Origin: Haloquadratum walsbyi C23
Lineage (GTDB): Archaea > Halobacteriota > Halobacteria > Halobacteriales > Haloferacaceae
Direction: 5' to 3'
NCBI RefSeq assembly: GCF_000237865.1
Contig: NC_017460.1
Span: 1-6,129 of the forward strand
DNA length: 6,129 bases
Shown here: positions 1 to 4,981 of the stretch, in pieces
Position numbering within the stretch: the first letter of the stretch is position 1
How the letters are laid out: each line of letters opens with the position of its first letter
Notes under the pieces: model-generated
The model's database searches: none
Told to the model about the DNA's origin: nothing
Seen by the model: the letters and a program-made list of their open reading frames with translations, nothing else
Made by a program: the position numbers and the translations under genes

Positions 1-106
1 CCTGATCAGCAACGCCGGACAACGATTAAGTATCATGCGGGAATGATACCAGATAGGCAAAGAAGTAACTCAAAACTTGAAAGCATCCTTTGGGAGAAGG
101 ACGCCC

Positions 107-133
107 CTGAAGGGACACCCCACGTCCCTTCAG
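107..133. other. Perfect 10-bp inverted repeat with a 7-nt spacer (CTGAAGGGAC-ACCCCAC-GTCCCTTCAG), either a hairpin or a dimeric-protein binding site
   Basis: The arms 107-116 and 124-133 are exact reverse complements. An inverted repeat this long is expected well under once by chance in 6 kb. It lies in the non-coding leader of the forward module. Confidence 0.6.
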
Positions 134-134
134 A

Positions 135-236
135 ATGAACCCACCTTTGGTCGGGCTGTTGGTTCAAGTGCTCTTTCTCTCGCTGACGACAAGTATCTTA
201 CTGAGAACGTCAGTCAGTCGAATACCAGTCGTATAA
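135..236 (+). CDS. Candidate 33-codon micro-ORF encoding a hydrophobic single-pass peptide (MNPPLVGLLVQVLFLSLTTSILLRTSVSRIPVV)
   Basis: ATG at 135 and TAA at 234-236, translated by hand. It has a 19-residue hydrophobic core. The ATG lies 2 nt after the 10-bp-stem inverted repeat at 107-133. It is below the ORF-track length cutoff, and I see no promoter or SD support. Confidence 0.2.
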   Translation: MNPPLVGLLVQVLFLSLTTSILLRTSVSRIPVV

Positions 237-272
237 CGTCAGATTGTACCGATAACGACCGTGTTAGTCGTC

Positions 273-380
273 TTGCGTCAACTTGCGCAAGGTTGCACGG
301 TTATGTGTCAACTTGCACAGTGCCGTGCAAAGTCGCACGAGTGAGTGCAAATCTGCGAGGGACGTGCGCATGAGTGCGAA
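273..380. repeat. Helically phased TTGCRC / GTGCAA hexamer array with a dyad centre near 321/322
   Basis: TGCR cores are at 274, 284, 294, 314, 326, 346, 354, 365 and 375, all close to multiples of about 10.1 bp. Degenerate copies are at 304 and 334. TTGCAC at 293 and 313 mirrors GTGCAA at 345 and 325, and both pairs are centred on 321.5. A 13-mer GTCAACTTGCRCA occurs at 277 and 307, 30 bp apart. The array ends on the ATG at 370. Confidence 0.75.
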
Positions 381-1263
381 CCCTCACAGAGACGCCGAGA
401 AACGTGCTCAATACGTCGCGAGGACGACCGACCTCGACCATCGCAAGGCACTCGCACTCGCCTATTCCGAGCAAGGGTGCAGTGAACGCGGGATTGCTGA
501 TAATATCGACTCGACCAAAGGCACCGTCTCAAATTATCTCGACGAGATCGGCGAGCGATACGGTCCCGAGACGGTCGTCGCGACCGGCATCGCCGAGAAA
601 GAGGACCTGACGCCGGTCGAAGAGCAACCGACGAAAGGACCGCTGGAGACCATCGACGCCGGTCGTAAAGTCGTCCTTGAAGGAGAGAGTCGAGGACCGC
701 ACACTGTTGAACGATACTTCCGCACATGGGTGCGAGACGGTCGGATTCATCGAGATGCAAAACTCGCACTCTCACTACATGATCACGGCGACGGGGACAC
801 ACGAGACCGTCTCAGTAATCTCGAATGGGACGCACACCACTGCACATACGACCCTGATTATACTTTTGTGAGTGCTGGCGAGAGTCGCGGCTGTTGGACC
901 TTCGATACTGACCCCGTGACTCTCAATGCCATTCGTGAGGTCGTGCATGTCCCGCCTCTCGATACGACGCCTCTTGTCGCCGAGACTCTCCCTCGTCGTG
1001 AGGACCTCGACCCATTCGAGTGCATTAATCCTGATTGCTCAGTCAACGAGGCACACTCAGGTCTCGACCTTCGTGCCTATCCGAGTCTCGGAGGTCCCGC
1101 AATCGAAATTACCGAGATGACAGACTTCGAGACCGTCTCGCACGTCTGTCTTGAGTGCCGGTCGTTGTTTACACCCGTGCCGGTCGGCGTGCCTGATCAG
1201 GAGAACAACGGCGACGAGGACAACGAGGACGACGATAACGTGCTCGTGGAGGCAATGCAATGA
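370..1263 (+). CDS. Acidic DNA-binding protein (297 aa from ATG 370) with an N-terminal helix-turn-helix, a C-terminal Cys4 zinc-ribbon-like motif and a poly-acidic tail
   Basis: This is the long ORF 283-1263 of the track. I prefer ATG 370 because the TTG-283 extension is basic and translates the hexamer repeat array. The HTH is about nt 439-549 (HRKALALAYSEQGCSERGIADNIDSTKGTVSNYLDEI). Cys pairs are CINPDC (1021-1038) and CLEC (1147-1158). The tail is DQENNGDEDNEDDDN. The stop TGA 1261-1263 overlaps the next ATG (ATGA). Confidence 0.8.
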   Translation: MSANPHRDAEKRAQYVARTTDLDHRKALALAYSEQGCSERGIADNIDSTKGTVSNYLDEIGERYGPETVVATGIAEKEDLTPVEEQPTKGPLETIDAGRKVVLEGESRGPHTVERYFRTWVRDGRIHRDAKLALSLHDHGDGDTRDRLSNLEWDAHHCTYDPDYTFVSAGESRGCWTFDTDPVTLNAIREVVHVPPLDTTPLVAETLPRREDLDPFECINPDCSVNEAHSGLDLRAYPSLGGPAIEITEMTDFETVSHVCLECRSLFTPVPVGVPDQENNGDEDNEDDDNVLVEAMQ

Positions 1264-2963
1264 CCGTCGAGAATGAGGACGGCGACGAGATACGCCGCCT
1301 GATCAAGCCGCAAGACCACGAGTTTACCGCGAATTTCAATTATGATAACGGACTCGACGCATGGCTTGCCTGTGACTCGGTAGTGAAGGACCACAACGGC
1401 TCATACGAGACCGAGACCGACGCCCTCGGCGAAACATGGGACGTGACCCTGTACTATCAAGACTCGTCTATCTTGCCACCTCGTGACGGCACGACGCCGA
1501 ACGGCACCGAGATCGAGCACGAACAAATCCGTGAGTTTCGCATCCGTGTCGAGGCTCAGGACGAGCTCGGAGAAAAAAAGGCGAACTATCATATTCGTCC
1601 CCGCTGGCGTCGTATGCGCGTCGAGACTGACGAGGGAGACCAACACGAGTTATCAATCCCTCGTACTCTTGTGAACGAACACGACGCCATGAACGTCCGC
1701 GTCTCAGGGTCTAATATTGACTTTTGTGATTATGGCGACCTACTCATGTGTGCCGCGAGTGCCGTCGATGTGAGTGCACATCACTTCCGCGAGTCATACC
1801 GACACGAGACCAGCAACATTCAGGACGGCGCGAAATACGTGCGTGTCCACGAGGACGTATCTGGTCCCGTGCATGCTCGCACTGGTCCCTTAGTCTCACT
1901 TGCGCACGTATTGGAGAACGACCGTGAGGGCTATCGGAAACTCGTGCAAAACGACAGCAACGAGAGAGGGCGTCAGTTAGCCGGTTATTATCATACCTGT
2001 ACGCTCGGACCTCAGAGAGTCCGTGAGGTATTCCCTGATCATGTCTTGCCCGTCGAGTGCAAACACTACTACGCTCGCGAGGCGCACTCTCGACCTGACT
2101 CTGACCCACTCTCTCACCCGAAAGTAGAAGTCGCCTATCAGACAAGCCGGACTGACGACACACTGCATCTTACCGACGAGAATCTCGCCCAACTTGACGA
2201 GGAACTCACCGAATGGCTGTATGCTATCCTCGCCGACGCCGGTCTCGACCTGAGGGCGAATGAGAACGTCTATGTCGAGGACGAATATTTCTCAGTCGAG
2301 AACGCAACCACGACCGCATCCGTTGTCGACCTCGACCTTACCGAAGTCAGACACGAGCAAGAGTCGGTCGTCTACAAGCATCTTGCTGACGGCATGGCAC
2401 CCACTGATCAGGAATGTCTCAATGTGCTCGTCTCCGACGGTGGTGCCGTGAGTCCTCAGGACCTTGCCGAGTCCACAGGACGACACGAAGATACTGTTTA
2501 CAATTCCCTTGCGAGAATGAACGACCTCGTGACACACACCTACGGCGAGGTCTCATTGAAGTCCACATATACCAGTGAACTTGTCGCCGACGCACTTGAT
2601 CAGGCACAACAAGCCGTCGATAACGCCGCTAAAACTGCCGCTGATGCCGTCCACGCCAGTAAACGAGGTCTCGATAATGCCACGAGTGCCTTTGTTGCAT
2701 GGTGTGAACGATACGGCGTCAACTACAACGACAACGGCGACGGCATGATCATCGACCTCGGTCGCGTCGATAGTATCAAAGAAGTGCGTAATATCTTGCG
2801 TAGTGGCTTCGACCGCTGGTGCAAGATGAAACGAGACGCTATCACCTTCAAATCTGCAAAAGTCAAATGGGAACACGAGGACGACGGCAAAGACCTCAAT
2901 TACTTGCCGTCCTCTCCTACCGTCCGGTCTCACTCTCAACGAGCGTTTACTCTCCTCAAGTGA
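1260..2963 (+). CDS. Large acidic protein (567 aa) with an internal winged-helix DNA-binding domain. It is a candidate replication or initiator-type protein, and the function is unproven.
   Basis: It is an uninterrupted 1.7-kb ORF with an ATG start overlapping the upstream stop (ATGA at 1260-1263). A wHTH-like segment lies at nt 2412-2531 (ECLNVLVSDGGAVSPQDLAESTGRHEDTVYNSLARMNDLV), followed by an Ala/Gln-rich helical segment. Composition is acidic. I saw no Walker or HUH motifs I could trust. Confidence 0.85.
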   Translation: MTVENEDGDEIRRLIKPQDHEFTANFNYDNGLDAWLACDSVVKDHNGSYETETDALGETWDVTLYYQDSSILPPRDGTTPNGTEIEHEQIREFRIRVEAQDELGEKKANYHIRPRWRRMRVETDEGDQHELSIPRTLVNEHDAMNVRVSGSNIDFCDYGDLLMCAASAVDVSAHHFRESYRHETSNIQDGAKYVRVHEDVSGPVHARTGPLVSLAHVLENDREGYRKLVQNDSNERGRQLAGYYHTCTLGPQRVREVFPDHVLPVECKHYYAREAHSRPDSDPLSHPKVEVAYQTSRTDDTLHLTDENLAQLDEELTEWLYAILADAGLDLRANENVYVEDEYFSVENATTTASVVDLDLTEVRHEQESVVYKHLADGMAPTDQECLNVLVSDGGAVSPQDLAESTGRHEDTVYNSLARMNDLVTHTYGEVSLKSTYTSELVADALDQAQQAVDNAAKTAADAVHASKRGLDNATSAFVAWCERYGVNYNDNGDGMIIDLGRVDSIKEVRNILRSGFDRWCKMKRDAITFKSAKVKWEHEDDGKDLNYLPSSPTVRSHSQRAFTLLK

Positions 2964-2994
2964 TGCCGTCCTCGTGAGTGGCAACACTCTCGAC

Positions 2995-3006
2995 GACCCT
3001 CTTTTT
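2995..3006 (+). terminator. Oligo-T (T5) archaeal-type termination signal downstream of the 567-aa gene
   Basis: GACCCTC followed by TTTTT (3002-3006) lies 39 nt after the TGA at 2961-2963. A weak 7-bp stem (3008-3014 with 3036-3042) follows. Confidence 0.4.
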
Positions 3007-3257
3007 CGACCCTCACGCGACATCTGACCGCCTTCGAGGGTCCCCTTTCGTCGTGATCGGTGTGGTGCGCGTCGAGATCGGCGTCAGTGCTGGTTTGGAA
3101 TTTGGTGCGACTCACCGGACTCGCTGTTAGGGGTGTGCCTAAGGGCACAACATCAAAACACATACCGTAGTTTTGCTCGCGCAAAAATTTCTACACACAA
3201 TATCACTCGTGATGTTGTCTCGTTCGGAGCTCCAATTGAGAACGAGACTGCACACTC

Positions 3258-3279
3258 ACAGATTAGACAGATTATCTGT
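3258..3279. repeat. ACAGATTA x2 (period 9), the second copy forming the 6+1+6 palindrome ACAGAT-T-ATCTGT
   Basis: Copies are at 3258-3265 and 3267-3274, and the palindrome is at 3267-3279. A third ACAGATTA at 3532-3539 abuts the iteron block. Each element alone is short enough to occur by chance. Confidence 0.3.
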
Positions 3280-3365
3280 GGAGATACAGCACTATGGAGT
3301 GACTATTCTTTATATGTGTTTTTGCTACACAAACCATGACTGACGGCACTCGTGTAGCAATATCC

Positions 3366-3416
3366 TATTTAAAGAAGTGCCTCGGGAATCCCTGATTCGC
3401 GTGTCCGGCATATAAA
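3366..3416. promoter_or_regulatory. Two canonical TATA-like boxes in gene-free DNA (TATTTAAA at 3366-3373; TATAAA / TTTATA at 3411-3416), possibly promoters of an unannotated small RNA
   Basis: The sequences match the archaeal TATA consensus (TTTAWA-like) on one or both strands. No ORF of plausible composition lies downstream in either direction. Confidence 0.25.
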
Positions 3417-3473
3417 CGGGGGTGTGGGGTTAGGGTGTGATCGTGCCCAATCCCTCACGGTTTGTTAGATTCA

Positions 3474-3489
3474 ATGTGAGGATGTGAGG
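3474..3489. repeat. Tandem 8-mer ATGTGAGG x2
   Basis: Exact tandem copies lie at 3474-3481 and 3482-3489. CCTCAC at 3453-3458 is complementary to either GTGAGG, giving alternative 6-bp stems. Confidence 0.4.
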
Positions 3490-3538
3490 AGAGAAAAGAC
3501 GACAAATAGAGTTCTATTTCTGTCGATAGGTACAGATT

Positions 3539-3601
3539 AAACGTTTTCAAACGTTGATTATACGTTTAATTTTACACGGTCATTACACGGTTCTACACGG
3601 T
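3539..3601. repeat. Six consecutive 10-11-bp-phased direct repeats (iteron-like): 3x (A)ACGTT followed by 3x TACACGGT
   Basis: ACGTT occurs at 3541, 3551 and 3562. TACACGGT occurs at 3573, 3584 and 3594, giving spacings of 10, 11, 11, 11 and 10. The first half is AT-rich (GATTAAACGTTTTCAAACGTTGATTATACGTTTAATTTT). The repeats lie in non-coding DNA between convergent genes. Confidence 0.8.
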
Positions 3602-3625
3602 CACATGTCTGTGGCGCCTGCTCAC

Positions 3626-3637
3626 AAAACACAAAAA
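3626..3637 (-). terminator. Oligo-T termination signals (T5 and T4 on the minus strand) ending the reverse gene block
   Basis: Plus-strand A5 (3633-3637) and A4 (3626-3629) lie 8-19 nt beyond the TGA (3645-3647) of the 108-aa gene. Archaeal RNA polymerase terminates at oligo-T tracts. Confidence 0.5.
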
Positions 3638-3644
3638 TCAATCC

Positions 3645-3971
3645 TCAGAAAAATGAATCCACGCTGACGAATTGGTGCATGTATCCTCGGTCGCTGTGCC
3701 AGTCCTCGCTTAGTCTATCATCTACAGTATCGGCGTCGACTTGCTTGGGTGGTTGATTGTCTCCAAGATCGTCAAAAATGTATGTGCCCTCCTGCTCGAC
3801 GAGCTCCGAATGAGTTTCCTTATTAAGTCTAAATCTATCTTCCTCTTTTGCGAGACGTACCTCTGTGGGTGCACCATTGATCGTGCCGTCAGTGCCGAAT
3901 TTCTCCTGTGGTGTTCCGCCATACGATTCGATTAATTCTTTCTCAATTTCTGTGTGATCGAAGTCTGTCAT
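3645..3971 (-). CDS. Small acidic hypothetical protein (108 aa)
   Basis: The ORF has an ATG start, very acidic composition and the same orientation as the ATPase operon. Oligo-T runs follow immediately on the coding strand. No motif was recognised. Confidence 0.7.
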   Translation of the reverse strand: MTDFDHTEIEKELIESYGGTPQEKFGTDGTINGAPTEVRLAKEEDRFRLNKETHSELVEQEGTYIFDDLGDNQPPKQVDADTVDDRLSEDWHSDRGYMHQFVSVDSFF

Positions 3972-4117
3972 ATCTGAGTTTCGTGTGTGTGCGTGATTTG
4001 TAATCGATTCATCTGAGTTGCAGCTGCAATCGGGATCGGCGACGGGTGCCGGCGTGATCGTGCCGGCGGTGTGACCTTGAGCCGATTTCTCAGTAACCTC
4101 GCGTCTGTGTATAACAT
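3968..4117 (-). CDS. Candidate 49-codon basic ORF (MLYTDARLLRNRLKVTPPARSRRHPSPIPIAAATQMNRLQITHTHETQI), translationally coupled to the 108-aa gene
   Basis: Translated by hand, with ATG at 4117-4115. Its TGA (3970-3968) overlaps the ATG (3971-3969) of the 108-aa gene as ATGA. It starts 16 nt after the ATPase stop. It is basic and Pro/Arg-rich, unlike its acidic neighbours, so it may be non-coding structured DNA or RNA instead. Confidence 0.25.
   Translation of the reverse strand: MLYTDARLLRNRLKVTPPARSRRHPSPIPIAAATQMNRLQITHTHETQI
4035..4086. other. GC-rich structured island inside an AT-richer region, with nested complementary segments and a direct repeat GTGCCGGCG x2
   Basis: GTGCCGGCG occurs at 4046-4054 and 4060-4068. 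Each copy holds the palindrome GCCGGC, so the two copies can pair. The outer ATCGGC (4035-4040) is complementary to GCCGAT (4081-4086). The island lies between the ATPase stop and the 108-aa start and overlaps the candidate 49-codon ORF. Confidence 0.4.
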
Positions 4118-4133
4118 ATTATGTGGTTAGTGG

Positions 4134-4979
4134 TTAGTCGTCGGCAGTGGCTTCGGTGGTGTCGGTCGTATCCGGCATCTCTGTGTACTTGTCAACCCAT
4201 GATTGGGACATATCGACAACATCAGCAACCTCGTATGTGGAGAGTCCTTTTTCTCGTGCCCGTTGTGCATCTGATACTTTTTGCTCGTGTTCTACTTCTT
4301 CAGGGTCTTTTGTGGTCTCATCTTCAATATTGACAAGTTCGTTTGCATTGAACTCATCAGATGATAGTAGTGCATCTTTTTTCTTTGTGATTGCCTGAAA
4401 ATACGGGTCATCTAATGCGTCGAGATTCGGAAAGGCAACCCGTTGCACATCGTTGTATGATTCGGTTCGCACATCGCCTCTATCAAATGTTGATGTGACT
4501 TTGTACGGTCTGAAGTATCCTATCGGTCTCTCAAGACACCACAGACGATAATCAGCACTTCGGCGTAACCGCTTATCGGCATCACTCCAGTGGGGCAATG
4601 TGCAGATCGTAACAATCCGTTTCTTGCGCATCAATTGCCAACTTCTGCCTAAGTTCACATTCTCATTACTCATCGAGCGTCGTGCATCGCCGGCACCGGC
4701 ACCCGCGAGTTCATCGAGAACAATTACACTCGGTTGCTCCTTGCTAGGATGTTCCCGCCATCTCTCCAAATACTGTTCCCCACTCAGGGTGAAGTCTCTC
4801 GGTGACAATTGATAGTCAAATGCCTTAGAGACCGCCAAAGCGGTGGAGACGGCGGCTGTCGTTTTCCCGACGCCGGTGGCTGAGTTCTCTGAGTCGCAGA
4901 TAATACGAGCACCACCAGATCGGGGACCGAAAACCCCGTGCATCAAATCATCCCAAAAGTCGGTGTCTCTCAGATGCAT
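4134..4979 (-). CDS. P-loop NTPase (ASCE/AAA-like core) with an acidic linker and a C-terminal helix-turn-helix (281 aa)
   Basis: Walker A is SATGVGKTT (nt 4857-4883). Walker B is VIVLDE (nt 4710-4727). A hydrophobic strand ending in polar residues (RIVTICT) lies about 35 residues later, in a sensor-1-like position. The C-terminal HTH is SDAQRAREKGLSTYEVADVVDMSQSWVDKYT (nt 4182-4274). The ATG lies 2 nt after the upstream stop. Confidence 0.9.
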   Translation of the reverse strand: MHLRDTDFWDDLMHGVFGPRSGGARIICDSENSATGVGKTTAAVSTALAVSKAFDYQLSPRDFTLSGEQYLERWREHPSKEQPSVIVLDELAGAGAGDARRSMSNENVNLGRSWQLMRKKRIVTICTLPHWSDADKRLRRSADYRLWCLERPIGYFRPYKVTSTFDRGDVRTESYNDVQRVAFPNLDALDDPYFQAITKKKDALLSSDEFNANELVNIEDETTKDPEEVEHEQKVSDAQRAREKGLSTYEVADVVDMSQSWVDKYTEMPDTTDTTEATADD

Positions 4980-4981
4980 TA

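Noticed and set aside
161-175. GGTTCAAGTGC resembling a tRNA T-arm/T-loop
   Set aside because: There is no complementary stem partner, no acceptor or anticodon arm geometry, and no CCA-proximal pairing. It is not a tRNA or an att-site remnant that I can support.
283-369. N-terminal extension of the HTH protein from TTG 283
   Set aside because: The 29 extra residues are basic and Cys/Arg-rich and are simply the translation of the phased TTGCRC array. ATG 370 yields a normal acidic protein with a GAGGGA SD-like element 8-14 nt upstream. I cannot exclude the longer form without proteomics.
77-373. 98-codon plus-strand ORF from the track (TTG start)
   Set aside because: It has a non-ATG start and a basic, Ser/Thr/Arg-rich composition unlike the acidic proteins of the element. 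It also reads straight through the inverted repeat and the hexamer array. It is most likely a non-coding leader, though it could correspond to a small annotated gene in related plasmids.
2322-2339. VVDLDL in the 567-aa protein resembling the hhhDhD motif I of archaeo-eukaryotic primase-polymerases
   Set aside because: I could not place convincing motif II (sxH) or motif III partners at appropriate spacing. A single short acidic motif in a very Asp-rich protein is not evidence.
308-3184. Antisense ORFs inside the forward genes (308-802, 1744-2163, 2553-3023 and 2936-3184, minus strand, plus shorter ones)
   Set aside because: They are Arg/Ser/Cys-rich with basic translations and lie fully embedded opposite long acidic ORFs. 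These are typical shadow ORFs of higher-GC coding DNA.
3133-3339. 68-codon plus-strand ORF in the convergent non-coding zone
   Set aside because: It has a GTG start with no in-frame ATG, a non-acidic composition, and it runs through repeats and palindromes. I treat it as non-coding.
3418-3435. G-rich tract GGGGGTGTGGGGTTAGGG as a possible G-quadruplex
   Set aside because: There are only three G-runs of 3 or more within reach, and a canonical quadruplex needs four.
30-4029. Short hairpins and palindromes: 7-bp stem at 30-49, TTGCAGCTGCAA at 4018-4029, tandem GTGGTTA x2 at 4123-4136, ACATA-T-TATGT at 4114-4124
   Set aside because: Stems of 6-7 bp and tandem 7-mers are expected one to several times by chance in a window of this size. 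None has a supporting context beyond location in intergenic DNA.
3437-4064. Exact 11-mer GTGATCGTGCC shared by two non-coding regions (3437-3447 and 4054-4064), with a related CGTGATCGGTG at 3052-3062
   Set aside because: Several exact 11-mer pairs are expected by chance in 6 kb (roughly N squared over 2, divided by 4 to the 11th, which is a few). There is no positional logic to support it.
4857-4883. ParA/MinD-like reading of the Walker A region (GVGKTTAAVSTALA), which with the RHH protein would make a type Ib partition system
   Set aside because: It lacks the deviant Walker A signature lysine (KGG). Its Walker B is the classical hhhhDE, not the ParA-type. It carries a C-terminal HTH, which ParF/ParA type Ib proteins lack. 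A partition role remains only a functional possibility, not a family call.
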